This document shows positions 1-33,945 of a stretch of 64,000 bases of DNA, piece after piece. Both the position numbers and the translations under genes were made by a program. Numbering within the stretch: position 1 is the stretch's first letter; each line of letters begins with the position of its first letter. Under the pieces are notes generated by a model. That model was given only the letters and a program-made list of their open reading frames with translations, ran no database searches and had not been told where the DNA came from. Origin of the DNA: Octopus bimaculoides (taxonomy: Eukaryota); contig NC_068997.1 in NCBI RefSeq assembly GCF_001194135.2, positions 41,815,016-41,879,015 on the forward strand, given 5' to 3'.

Positions 1-260
1 ATAAACAATATATGAGTATATGCATATATATGTACATGTATGTACATACCTTCATCTACATACACACACACACACACACACATATAGCTTCCTTGCTCAT
101 AGACTATTTATTTAAATGCAACAAGTTTTTAATAAGGCTTCTGCATAAACTTGTAATAATCTTTGAAAGCAATATGGGAGGTAACTCTACTGAAATAAAA
201 CCCACTTCCTTTTATATATCAAATCAAAAATTCCTTTGCAAATGGCATCAACTGAAATGA

Positions 261-20746
<20,486 letters not shown>

Positions 20747-20762
20747 ATTATCTCTCAATACT

Positions 20763-22093
20763 GCACCATAGAAGCACTTGTTACTCACAAATACACTTTA
20801 TTATATTCTTGAGGGTGGCAAGCTGGGCAGAATCGTTAGCATGCTGGATAAAATGCTTAGCGGTATTTCGTCCGTCGCTACGTTCTGAGTTCAAATGCCA
20901 TCGAGGTCAACTTTGCCTTTCATCCTTTTAGAGTTAATGAAATAAGTACCAGTTACACACAGTAATCAACTAGACCCTCCCCTCAAATTCCAGGCCTTGT
21001 GCCTACAGTAAAAAGGATTATATTCTTGAGGGTGGGAGGGCAAGTTCAACAAAGCTCTGTCTGGCCATTTAGAATGAAGAACTCAAAGATAAGTCTGACA
21101 AAGAATAAACATTTAATCTATAATTGTCTCTTCAACAAAATGTGTTTTGTCCAACAAACAATTGTGTTGAATGTTTACACTTTAGTCTAGTTATTTATTA
21201 CATTATCACTTCCACTTTATCCAACATTTTTATCACTAGTGGCCACTTCTCTGTGCCACACAATTACTTTTCTGTCAGACAAAGGGTCAATCTTCAAATA
21301 TCAGAACCTCTTCTTTCCATATACACCTCTATATTCTATAAACCCCATTTATTCTGACTTCTGTATCAACTATTCTTCCATCTTCACCAACTGCACGATA
21401 AAGACCCCACCACAACATCCACTCTAAATCTGAGGAGATGCAACACTTACTCAATTGTGGCTACCCTCAATTTGTTGTGAATATTGCACTTTACTAAGCC
21501 AGAGCTATTAGTCATGCTATCACACTCGTCTTGAGCATATATTTAACTGCAGACTAGCTTCCCTTCTATTTTACATCTTGTCCATTTTCCACTTAATATG
21601 CATGCCCCTCCGTAACTTCGGCTTTTTATCCTCCAAGCTTGTGATTCCCAATTTTTCCCTGGCCACTTCTCTGTGCCACACAATTACTTTTCTGTCAGAC
21701 AAAGGGTCAATCTTCAAATATCAGAACCTCTTCTTTCCATATACAAATTTAACAAAATTTAGATTTACTATAACCTACATGGTTGACAGAGGGCACAAGA
21801 ACACGGAGTATTGTATGATCAAAACCTTTAATCCAGTAAACTAGTGAGTGACCTTAAAGCTTACGGGTAAACAAGAATTGAACTTTGGTGCTCAAAATGC
21901 TATGGCTCTGCTGGACTTCAATAGAATATGATAGTAACAGCCTTTGCCACAAGAAGTAAATAAGTAGTAATTCTTATTACTAATGTTGTGTTTAGCATGA
22001 CAGAGATATATCTTAACACATAGAATTAACCATATTTAAATTATCACATAGACCTTGATTAATATTTAGTGTGAACAAGTGCTTCTATGGTGC
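20763..22093. repeat. Perfect 20-bp long-range inverted repeat (20763-20782 / 22074-22093)
   Basis: gcaccatagaagcacttgtt versus aacaagtgcttctatggtgc. Confidence 0.95.
21240..21745. repeat. Exact 86-bp direct repeat (21240-21325 and 21660-21745)
   Basis: Identical sequence tggccacttctctgtgcc...ctttccatataca at an offset of 420. Confidence 0.95.
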
Positions 22094-23976
22094 TGAAATA
22101 AGCCAAACAGATTGCTAAGAATGTGGGGAAAAAGATCTAGAAGAATTAACAAACTTGAATGTCGTTATCAAAAAATAATTTCTCATATCATAAAGTCTTT
22201 GCGTCTATTCCCATCCACCTCTTCGTTCTGCATTATTGAAACAGGTTAAGAAGTACTTAGTTATCCATTTCCATTGGTTGGATCCTAGTTCTTCACAAAG
22301 ATATACAATCGTTTAGTAAGGAACATATTAATTCATACTAACAATTGCAGGATTAACTAATCTTAATGTTGCTTTCTCTTCATTAATAACAAAATAAATT
22401 CCCTGATTATTATTATTGTTATTATTACTATTATTATTGAGGTGGCAAGCTAGCAGAATTGTTAGCACACTGGACAAAATACTTAGTGGCATTTCGTCCA
22501 TCTTAAAGTTCTGAGCTCAAATTCCACCAAGATCAACTTTGCCTTTCATCCAATTAAGGACCCATCAAGCACTGGAGTCACTGTAATCGACTAGCCCCCC
22601 ACCTCCCCCCAATTTCAAATCTTGTGCCTATTGTAGTAAGGATTATTACTATAATTATCATCATCCTCCTAAAACTGCTGGCCTTGTACCAAAATTTGAA
22701 ACCAGGGCATTGAGTTGGCAGACAAAAATTGCCTAGCAGCATTTCTTCCAGCTTCGCATTCTGAAGTTAAATGCCACTAAGGTTGACCTTACCATTCATT
22801 CTTTTAGGGCCAATAAAACAAAGTACCAGTTAAACACTGAGGTTGAGGTTTATATTAGAAACAAATATCATAATTGTCATGATTAAAGCAGTGGATTGGC
22901 AGAATCGTTAGCACAGCAGACAAAATGACTTGTGGTATATTCTTATGGACTTTCATGTTCCGAGTTCAAATTCTACCAAGCTTTGCATCATTCCAATAAA
23001 ATAAAATACCAGTTAAATACTGGGCTCAGAGTTATCAATCATATCCCTCCTCTAAATTTAAGGTTACGTGCCTTTGTTAGAAATTATTATCATCATCATT
23101 AGGCAAGTTGATTTTATTGCAAACTGCTGACATCAGTTACAGATTATCCATTAGCAGAATTATCAGATAATCTATCTAACCATATTATTATTGTTTTTAT
23201 TTATAAACATTTAAAATCCTCATAATTCAGTTTGTTCAAACACTAAATTATTATATTGATATTATATCGGGTATTAGAAACTAATGAAAATTCACTAAGA
23301 TCATANNNNNNNNNNNNNNNNNNNNNNNNNNNNNNNNNNNNNNNNNNNNNNNNNNNNNNNNNNNNNNNNNNNNNNNNNNNNNNNNNNNNNNNNNNNNNNN
23401 NNNNNNNNNNNNNNNNNNNNNNNNNNNNNNNNNNNNNNNNNNNNNNNNNNNNNNNNNNNNNNNNNNNNNNNNNNNNNNNNNNNNNNNNNNNNNNNNNNNN
23501 NNNNNNNNNNNNNNNNNNNNNNNNNNNNNNNNNNNNNNNNNNNNNNNNNNNNNNNNNNNNNNNNNNNNNNNNNNNNNNNNNNNNNNNNNNNNNNNNNNNN
23601 NNNNNNNNNNNNNNNNNNNNNNNNATAAATCAACTTTAAACAGTCTAAACATACTATTAAAGAAATATGATTAAATCAGTTTTTTTTTTTTTAATATTTA
23701 CAAAACGATTAATAAAATTTTCTTATAACAAAATGATTTGAGTTGTGTATGATGACATATTACATGAAAGGATTGTATGCTATATATATGTATTTGTGTG
23801 TGTGTGTGTGCATATATATATTATTGGTTGCACATACTTAGTGTATGTTTTGTTTATATGCCAAATTTGCAACATAGCATCCAAGGAAAGGTCCCTACAT
23901 GATGCAACATGTTAAAGAACACCTGAATGTCACAGACCAGGCAAGACAATTTGCCTCAGAAACAATACACATACAC

Positions 23977-24790
23977 TACAAGGATGGGCTGAAAAGATCA
24001 TCAGCTGACTATGAACGAGTGTTGCTAGATCTGTGAAGGAGTAATACTAGAGCATTAATTTCAACTCTTCCTACTAATTAATAACTGCATTGTCTCTTTC
24101 CAGGTAAACTAACATCAGACTTTTCAAAGACTTCCAATGTAACTAGTAGCAACTTTTCTTGAAAATGGACGAAATTTAGTATCCTGGTGTTATCAAGTAC
24201 CTGCAGAAAAAGAGATTTAGCCCACAAGGACATTCATGGTAACATTATTGTTACATTAGGGGATGATGCTCCAGCTTTATCAATAGTGCAAAAGTGGGCA
24301 GCTGATTTAGGAGGGAATGTAGAGTCTTGAATATGACCCAAGGTGTAGACATCCTGCCACCACCAAGAAAAGCATTGATTGTGTTCACTACATGATGGAT
24401 AACAGACTGTAAATCAAACAGCCTATGTTATTAACAGATCCAGTAAGAGTGTTGAGAATATCCTGCACTATGAACTTGCCAGGTCTACTGACACCTCAAC
24501 AAAAGTACACCAGGCTGATCACATCACAGGAAAATCTGACATTCTTTGAGGCAGACCCAGCTGACTTCTTTGAATGTTTCCAAACCCAAGATGAGGGTGG
24601 CTTCAACACTGAGCCAAAGACAAAGAGACAATCCATACAGTGGAAACATCCCTAATCACTTGCTCCAAAACAAGCCAAAGTTGTTTCATCTGCAGGGAAG
24701 GTGATGGCCTCAGTCTTTAGGGATGCAAAAGGCACTGGTTATTGACTATCTTCATAAGTTCATGCCATCAGTTGGAAGTAACTAGGCCAA
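23977..24790 (+). mobile_element. Mariner transposase fossil (5' TIR plus disrupted ORF)
   Basis: TA followed by caaggatgggctgaaaag forms a mariner-like terminus. Translation fragments are VIKYLQKK, DDAPALSIVQKWAAD and AGKVMASVFRDAKG, with multiple stops and frameshifts. Confidence 0.85.
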
Positions 24791-26076
24791 CTTCTTTGTA
24801 AATTGATCTCTTGGATGTGACATTTCGAATTTAAAAATCTGTTTCTTTAAAGTTAACAGGACAAGTATGTCATCAATGTACAGAAATACTGGAACAGATG
24901 TCAGAAAGTGTGCAATTTTCTAGTAATTTCCAAATGTAAAGGTACGTGGTTTAGTCGTTAGGGTATTCAGGTCATGATCATAAGGTCAGGAGTTCAATTC
25001 CCAATGGCATATTGTGTCCTTGAACAAGACACTTTATTTCACATTGCTCCGATTAACTCAGCCCTAATTCAAAGGGCCAAGCTCAGCCACCAACATGTTA
25101 ATTTTATGAGCAGGCTGTTCCATTGATTGGATCAACTAGAACTGAGTGCCAGTATATATAATTTCCAAATGATGCGGTCCAAGGTTCTTGAGTAAAAAGA
25201 GCAATGTACAAAAATTATACTTATGGGATTAAGGAGGACTCTTAGTAAAAGAGACAGTAATTTATAAAGTTTATATGTGTGAACAAGCTTGATAGTGCAT
25301 ATATCAAGGATTTGGAACAGATATACAAAAAGATATGGTCAGATCAATTGTATACACAATAAATCGCACAACATTATTTGGTTTTTGTTGCATCATTAAT
25401 GAGACATACTTTCATTGTATAAAGTTCTTTCTGTTGATATGCATAGATTTGATCCATTGTTTTCAATAGTGGTACAGAATAAAGACGTTATTTCTGAAAC
25501 TACAAGGTCCTAGATGAAAATTCTGCTTTGGACTTTACTATTTGATGTTTCGACACGAAATCAACTTAACTAGTTTGTATTACACAAACAGGCTGTGGGG
25601 AAGAAATCAGCTCAATTTATAATACAAACCTAGTGACATTTTTTACCAAATCATTTAGTTGAATCTTATGGACAGACTTACTGGAGACAACACACCTAGA
25701 AAATCAAATATTGGCAACATTTTGTGTATATAACTACTTACAGGTTAATAGTGGTCTGCGATAATATTAAGTCAATAAAATAAAAACATAAAATGAGGTC
25801 TAAAAACAAGGACAAACAATTATTTGCAATGCACTTATTTTTGTCCTATTAGTGGGAAACTGTTGCTTGCATCTCTAGACATAGACTCCCATTTAGTTCA
25901 AGTTTGAACTTGAAACATCAATTTAACTCTTCAGTATTTAAACCGGCCATATCTGGCTCAGTCATTCTGCCAGTTTTATGTTCAAACTGGCCAGATCTAA
26001 CCTCTCATACATACCCTATGATGTCATTTTAAAAATAAACAATCACATCATCAAAATCTCGAAGCTAAAAGATACT

Positions 26077-26463
26077 CGTTTCAGTCATTTGACTGTGACC
26101 ATGCTGGAGCACTGCCTTTAGTCGAGCAAATCAACCCCAGGACTTATTCTTTGTAAGCCTAGTACTTATTCTATCGGTGTATTTTGCCGAACCGCTAAGT
26201 TACGGGGATGTAAACACACCAGCATCGGTTGTCAAGCGATGTTGGGGGGGGGGGACAGACACACACACACACACTATATGTATATATATATATATATATA
26301 CGACAGGCTTCTTTCAGTTTCCATTTACCAAATCCACTCACAAGGCTTTGATCGGCGCGAGAATATAGTAGAAGACACTTGCCCAAGGTGCTACGCAGTG
26401 GGACTGAACTTAGAACCATGTGGTTCATGAGCAAGCTACTTACCACACAGCCACTCCTATGCC
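26077..26463 (-). mobile_element. tRNA-headed SINE with CORE-like central domain. Other copies at about 2975-3450, 9170-9595, 14290-14703, 27080-27295 (+), 40640-40890, 43010-43325, 48570-48755, 52720-52965
   Basis: Head ataggagtggctgtgtggtaagtagcttgc...ttcagtccca, then gcaccttgggcaagtgtcttctactata and an internal (CA)/(TA) microsatellite. Many dispersed copies. Confidence 0.8.
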
Positions 26464-26719
26464 TATGATTAATTTAAGACAATACTAATAAATAAGCTTT
26501 ACATTTAACAGAATAATCTGAATGCTAAAGAGTCAACCAACCAACCTGAGAATTACCCTGATTCTATGATGCAAAATTCCTGCTTTACAGTGAACTAAGT
26601 TAAAACTTCATGCTAATTATGTTTCAAACACTGACTTAATAACAACAAAGTTATTTAACTAAATCCTTGATTATTTTCAAAATTAATTGAAACAAAAGCA
26701 GTGTATTCTCTGCTGTTCC

Positions 26720-26900
26720 AGTTTCTGTTTGAAGAAAAATTTTCTGTGAACTGAAGGTATTATAAGAGAGCTAAAATACATGAAAGACTTTCCATAGAGC
26801 TTTGTCGTTGTGTGGACTGTTTATGAATGGACTGGAAAATTCAGAAATGATCATGTGTCAAAGAATTAGATACCTGATTAATAAGTTTGTGACTTGATGA
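26720..26900 (+). mobile_element. Short mariner HTH remnant
   Basis: Translation VWTVYEWTGKFRNDHVS resembles the mariner N-terminal HTH motif. Confidence 0.45.
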
Positions 26901-29219
26901 CTGTTGAACAGAGAAATGACTAATGAACAAAGGGATAAATAATGTATAAAATAGTCATGGTTCAAGCTATGAAGTCATCTGCAATAAATTTTACCATAGT
27001 ATAGCGTAAGAAGCAGACCATGTTTTGTGGTGCTTATACAACTAATTTTACCACCAATTGTTTAAAAAAAAAAAAATCATAGGTGTAGGCATAGTTGTGC
27101 GATAAGAGGCTTGCTTCCCAATCGCATGGGTCCAGGTTCAGTCTCCATGTGTGGCACCCTGGGCAAGTGTCTTCTACTATAGCCTCGAGTGGATTTGGTA
27201 GATAGAAACTAAAAGAAGCCTGTTGTGTATGTCTCCCACTACCACTTGACAACTGGTGTTTAGCAGAAAGAGACCAACAGAATAAGTACCAGGCTTTAAA
27301 AAAACAATTTTAAGTTTATTCTAAAATAATGATTCACACTGCTCATCTGGAACAAACACATAACTGAATGGCTTTGGTTAATGCAATAACATAAATCATC
27401 ATCATCATTGTTTAATGTCTGCTTTCCATGCTGGCATGGGTTGGATGGTTTGACTGAGAACTGGCAAGCTGGGAGGTTGCACCACGCTCCAATCTGATCT
27501 ACCAAGGTTTCTACAGCTGGATGCCCATCCTAATGCCAACCACTCTGTGTAGTGGATGCTTTTAACACGCCACTGGCATAGGAGCCAGTGAAACAGCACT
27601 GGCATCAACCACACTTGAATGGTGCTTTTTACTTGCTACCAGCACAGGAGCCAGTCAGGCAGCACAAGCCTACACCATAATGACTAAAGGAAAAACTATG
27701 TCTACACTGCCTGTGCAGCTAATTTTCACACCAGTATTTAATCCTTTGATTACCATAATCCTGCTGAAATATATTTTCTTTGTTTCAATTAATTTTTTAA
27801 ATAATTAAGAATTTAGGAAAATAATTTTCTCATTATTAAGCTAGTGCTTCAATTAGCATGAAATTTGGATGGAAAATTTTAATTTCAATCACTTTAAAAC
27901 AGGATGTTTGTGTCTTAGAACCAGGGACAGCCACAAGCAGGTTGGTAACAAAAGGGATCAGGGCATTTGTGGATAATCAATGTTTTACTCACATATACTA
28001 GGGATATATTGGAGAGGAGAAAAAAATATAAATACTTGATATTTTCTCTCTTTGTAGAAATTTGAGTATCAAATTTTGGAATTTAAAAGAAAAATAATTG
28101 AAGAATTCAGAATAAATATTGCTAGTTCCTCACTCTCTCTTCACTAGCAGTGTTGCCTATGGTTGCTGAATTACTGAGGAAAATGGTGTAAGTTTAAATT
28201 ACCACAGCTTCTTATTATGGGAAGATGTGTAACTGTGAAACAATTGGTTATAATACTACTCACTAGCAAGAACAATGAATACAAAGCTGGTCGACATTTT
28301 TTTTTTAAATGTACATATAAATCTCATCATTTAACATCCATTTTCTATGCTGGCATGGGTTAGACAACTTGACAGCAACTGGCAAGGCCAAGCACCACAC
28401 CAGGTTCCAAAGCCTGTTTTGGTTTGGTCTCTACAACTAGATGCCCTTCCTAATATTAACCACTCTACAGTGTATACTGGATGCTTTTTTATCAGTGCTT
28501 GTTATGTGGTAGCAGCACCCACACCAATGCTTTTTACATGGCATCTAAGTGTTAGGATCTCTGATATGTATATATTAAGATAAATATCTATATTTTTAAT
28601 ACCAGACAGTTGAGCAATGAGTAAGGTGTAGTATATGTTATGTAGACTCCAACAGATTTTCTCAGTGACCCAGTCTGAAAATGACTGCTATCTTAAATTT
28701 TCTTTCACATACACCATGATTTTTCTCTTTTTCCCCTTCTTAAAAGAATAAATTTTTATATTAGGTCACAAAGTAACAGTTGCCTTTCATCTGAAGGACA
28801 TAAAGCACCTCTTCTTTTGAATTATTTCAATTTAAACTGGCTGATATGTATAACATCATGTTGCTCTCTCAAATATTTTATCCACAAAGATTTATCAAGT
28901 TTTCTCCAAACTTGCACCTTGAGAATACAAAATACATCCAATCTGGTTTAGTTTTGTTACCATAATAGGGATGAATTAGACTTTCTTCAGAAAAGAAAGA
29001 GTTTTTGAAATAAAATCACTATCAGATTTCTTTCAATCCTTTGAATAAAGAAAATGTGTGAGAGAGAGAGACAGACAGACAGAAAGAAAGCGACATTAAA
29101 GATAGAGCGTGAATGTGTGTGTATGTAGAGTATCTTGAAGAATCAGCTTGTACACAGAAACAATGAAGAAAATAAAGAATGAAAAAAAAAACATCCAATC
29201 GAATGAAATATACCAATTC

Positions 29220-32200
29220 AATTTCATTCCAATAAAACTTTATTATAAAAGAAAAAGGAGAAGGGACACAAGATAACAAAAACGTAAAAGACCATCTGCA
29301 AAACTGAATTGTGATTCTTGACAAACAGCTGGCATGTTGGGAGTTGGTGGTGGTGGTGGTTGTAGTTGTAATTGAGGTTGTGGTGGTGAAGGTGGTGGTT
29401 GTGGTGGTGATAGACAATGAAATTACTTTATGGGATGTGATGAAAGAGTTGGGTAAGAATATTCTGAACTGGAAATTGAAATTGAACTAAGATGCCAAAA
29501 TGACTCAATACATGCTGGATATTCCTATTAAATGAAATGGTATCAATTATTTTATACTACTTACACTTGTCTATCTTTTATTTATTATAATGTCTTTGGT
29601 ACAGTTAGTCCAATTCTAGATTAAATACTTTTAAGCTCTGTCTCATTAAAGCCAAGTTCTGCTGGTGGCAAAAATAAACAGTCAGAAGAACAATGAAAAA
29701 GAAAAAAAAACAATGTAACATATAACAAAATATAACTTTGATGTATTTTGGGGTGGAAAATGGAATTAGGCTTTTATTTTGTTTTATCTTTCATTTTAAT
29801 CTAAATGGAGTAAGTTTTGTTTGAGGCTTTGAATTATAAGTCATCTTCTTGTGCAAGTAGATTTCCAGAAAGAGACAGTAATGGAACATTAGCAAAGCCT
29901 AAATTGACATGGGTCAATTGCCATGTAGAAATTATCATCATCTATGTTCAGAAACTAGGTAGCATACTCAAATGGAAGTGTTGTAGAAATATACCATCAA
30001 TAAATAACTAACCCTGAGAACATTAAAAAAAAAAAAAAAAAAAAAAAAAANNNNNNNNNNNNNNNNNNNNNNNNNNNNNNNNNNNNNNNNNNNNNNNNNN
30101 NNNNNNNNNNNNNNNNNNNNNNNNNNNNNNNNNNNNNNNNNNNNNNNNNNNNNNNNNNNNNNNNNNNNNNNNNNNNNNNNNNNNNNNNNNNNNNNNNNNN
30201 NNNNNNNNNNNNNNNNNNNNNNNNNNNNNNNNNNNNNNNNNNNNNNNNNNNNNNNNNNNNNNNNNNNNNNNNNNNNNNNNNNNNNNNNNNNNNNNNNNNN
30301 NNNNNNNNNNNNNNNNNNNNNNNNNNNNNNNNNNNNNNNNNNNNNNNNNNNNNNNNNNNNNNNNNNNNNNNNNNNNNNNNNNNNNNNNNNNNNNNNNNNN
30401 NNNNNNNNNNNNNNNNNNNNNNNNNNNNNNNNNNNNNNNNNNNNNNNNNNNNNNNNNNNNNNNNNNNNNNNNNNNNNNNNNNNNNNNNNNNNNNNNNNNN
30501 NNNNNNNNNNNNNNNNNNNNNNNNNNNNNNNNNNNNNNNNNNNNNNNNNNNNNNNNNNNGCAATATAATAAAATATTTTCTTTTTTCTTTTTTTAATATA
30601 AAATTTCAAAAATCTTCCAGCAAGAAGAAAATATTTCTATTAAATATCCAATGAAAATGATTAAGCTAAGAGTCAACAAAATATTTTGGATTTGATTTAA
30701 GTTGTTTCAGGACTGCATTGAGGAATAATAGAGAAACTGGTGGACACAGACACCAATTTTGATGAAATTAAGGCTTAGGCCAATGAGATTGTCACAATCC
30801 AAGGTAAGGGACCAAGGATCAGTTGAAAAAGGTATAAAAAAAAAAAAAAAATGGAATATGGAAAAATGCTTTGAGTGAAACATCTGAGAAGAATGGTGAA
30901 ATATAAACAGAGTGTAAATGCTTTTTTTTTTCTGTATCTTTTTTCCTGTTTTTCTCTTTTTTTTTTCTCTCTTTTTTTCAGAAGATAGAATGAAATTTGG
31001 TTATTTTCCAAGATATCAAACAGTAAAATAGATGATTTAGCTGTATCAAACTTATAATACAGATCAACAAAATAAATATTCTAATAACTGAACTTCATGA
31101 GGTCATTTAGCAGTCAGAGGTGCCACAATTATACATATGGTATAGTGTAATACAACTGTACAAATCTCTCACAAAGTCAGATTATTAAATCTGTAAGAAT
31201 ATACTTCCAAAAATCCATTTTCACATTTCTGTAAGAAGAGTAGTTAATAATAATAATAATGTAAACAAAACTACTCTCATATGTACAACACTGAATGAAC
31301 TATCCTCTCAAAATGGTCATCCTTTTTTTTCTCTCTTTCTCTCTAAGTCTCACTTTATTATCCTAAGTTTGATGAAAACATGACTCAAAGGAAAATATAG
31401 AAAAAAACTTCAAAAGACTCTGGAGAAAGGCAATCAACTAATTAGAACTATATGTTTTAAAGGCACGTTCTAATGTATGCTCAAAGGAGATGTGTTGTTA
31501 GGTGAAGAATAAAAGCAAAAAAAAAAAAAATTAAAAAAGTCAGGGTTAGCTGGTATATTTCACAAAGNNNNNNNNNNAGAAGATCCTAATGAAACAATCT
31601 AGTGTTTGACAGAATTAAAAAGGAGATAGAGATGCATTGAAATAACTGTTCAAATGATGATGCAGTCAAAATTTTTTAAGCTAAAATATTTTTCCTACAT
31701 CAATTTGTTTATTGATAAACTAATTGTAGAGAATGTTAGTTATGAGCAGACATTGAGAGAGATAAGAGTGAAGAGAGGTCATTAAAGGCTCTTAGTGACA
31801 GGCAGCTATTAGCAATTAATATTAAGATACTCAAGTAACCACAACTAGGACCAGATGACAACATGACTTTTGGATCCAAATTTTTTTTTTATCTGCAGCA
31901 AAAAAAAAAAAAATTAAAAAAGTCAGGGTTAGCTGGTATATTTCACAAAGCTGATGGTGATATAAAGAGCTATAAATGCAAGCTCTAAAACTATTGGCAT
32001 GAAACTACCTGTGGCAGAGTTGTCATCTTTTAGGGAGTATTATCTCATTAAATAAAACATTATTTTATCTGAACTTACAGTGTGGAGGTTTGTTCCTACA
32101 TGGAGTATTATATATGGGAAAAAAAAAGTGTCTCACTGATGTGGACCAACTGTTAACTTAATTAGATGAATAAACTCAACTGCACAAATTACAATAAAAT

Positions 32201-32584
32201 AAAATGAAGCTAGACACTCCAAACCCAATATCTGAATTTTTAGAATTTATCAAGAATTTCTTAGTTAGATTCAGTCATTTCAGGATATTAACAAAGATAT
32301 CAGTTTAAAGATTATCACATCTTTGACAAATGAATGGATGATAAAGATTCTGGATTATTCTAATTAAAAAAAACTTGTATTGGTTAGAGAAAATTAATGA
32401 TTAACATCAAGTAGAGCAATACTATTGGCTGATGACAAAATTCAGAATGCTCAGGCAATGTTAAAAATGTTTCTTAATTTTCTTTAACTATATAATTCTC
32501 CTACTAAATATGAATATTAGCAGTCAACAGGCTTTTTTCAATTGGAAGAATCAGATGATTTTTTTTATAATTCAGGATTTACTA

Positions 32585-32622
<38 letters not shown>

Positions 32623-33890
32623 AAAAGAAAAACACCAATCCTTACAGCAATACATAGTGATAAGACTAACTCTGACACTAGGCCTAAAATCTGTTTATAA
32701 TTGAGTCAAACTTCACAGTTTAGGGATAGGGATAATAATAATAATAATAATAATAATAATGCAGTTTTTCTTAATGATGGCAGGAAAGTGAAAACTAAAA
32801 CAAAAATCTAATATTTATTTTAAAAAATGGTAAACTACAATTAATTGGATGGTTTCAGATGCTAGCCAAAAATTAAACGTAAAATACACAGGTGGGAAAT
32901 TTCTGAAGTTTCTTGTTTGAATCCTGAGGCCTTCACCATAGAATAATATTCATCTTGTACAAACAAAATATAAATGCAATGCTTTGTAGGCTGTAGAGAG
33001 GAAGATATTTGAGATATTAAAGAAACCAGTTTAGTTTTCTTCAGATGAGGAGGAGGGGGAGACACTTAGTAAGCTCTACAGAACAAATTAGTGAAGAAGA
33101 ATGCTTACAAGTACAAGCAAATTTCATGTGTAATCAATAAACAATCTCAGAGGTAATTGCTTGACTGAGAAAATTTTATAAACACAAATATCTATTTGTT
33201 TTTTTTTAGACAGATTCTCAATTATAGAAAAGTAATTGAAAATCTGTCTACAAAACAAATATAAAAATTAAAAGTGTTTCTTTTCCTAGTTTTAAATTGA
33301 AATAAATCAACATTAATACACATGTTTACACTTTGGAATTACTATATATGACAAGTGGGTAGGGTCAAAACACCACATTGCATAGCAATCAGGAATTAAA
33401 GAAACAAAAAAAAAATAATAATATACTAGGAGGAGAATGCAAATGTTGTTAAGATCTAGTAATTTGTTCAATAATCTGCAAACAAATATCAATTTATTTG
33501 TTCTAAAAATGTTAAGCAGTATAAAGCAATAAAAAAAAAAAAATCTGAAGCTGAGAGAAAGATGATAATAAAACAGCTAGGTAAAGTCAGCTTTTAAGGA
33601 AAGTAAAAATTTTAAACTTTTATTACAAAAGATTTCAAACAGAAATAACAAAGACAAAAATGGAAAAATTAATACTTAAAATTGAATATTTTTCTAACAG
33701 TAAATTGATAGAGCCATGTGTTAGGTCAACATAAAATCAAAGTTAGGTGTCAATAACTACCCAGTTTCTTAGAGTTTAAATAAATCAGCTGTTAGTATGA
33801 GTAAGACTACTTCTAAAATATCAAAGTACTTGACAAAGAAGTAATAAATATTCCTTGTTTTCCTTACTAGGCTAAATAATGATGATGATG

Positions 33891-33945
<55 letters not shown>

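Noticed and set aside
21997-22060. SECIS candidate ATGAc-agagatatatctt-AA...ttGAtt
   Set aside because: The AUGA-to-AA spacing is roughly right, but there is no complementary 3' strand for helix II.
23899-23938. SECIS candidate ATGAtgcaacatgttAAAgaacacctgaatgtcacaGAcc
   Set aside because: Helix II has several mismatches, the geometry is poor and it lies more than 3 kb downstream past a gap. It needs a covariance-model test.
25279-25317. Hairpin GTGAacaagcttgata-gtgcata-tatcaaggatttgGAa resembling a SECIS core
   Set aside because: There are no apical AA/CC residues, and the register next to the GA/GA pairs does not fit.
29022-29417. 131-aa poly-Thr ORF
   Set aside because: It is the translation of a (GGT)n/(GTT)n microsatellite and low-complexity UTR-like sequence.
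31516-31950. About 50-bp duplication (31516-31567 versus 31899-31950)
   Set aside because: The first copy starts at a poly-A run and ends at a 10-N gap, which is typical of a contig-end misjoin.
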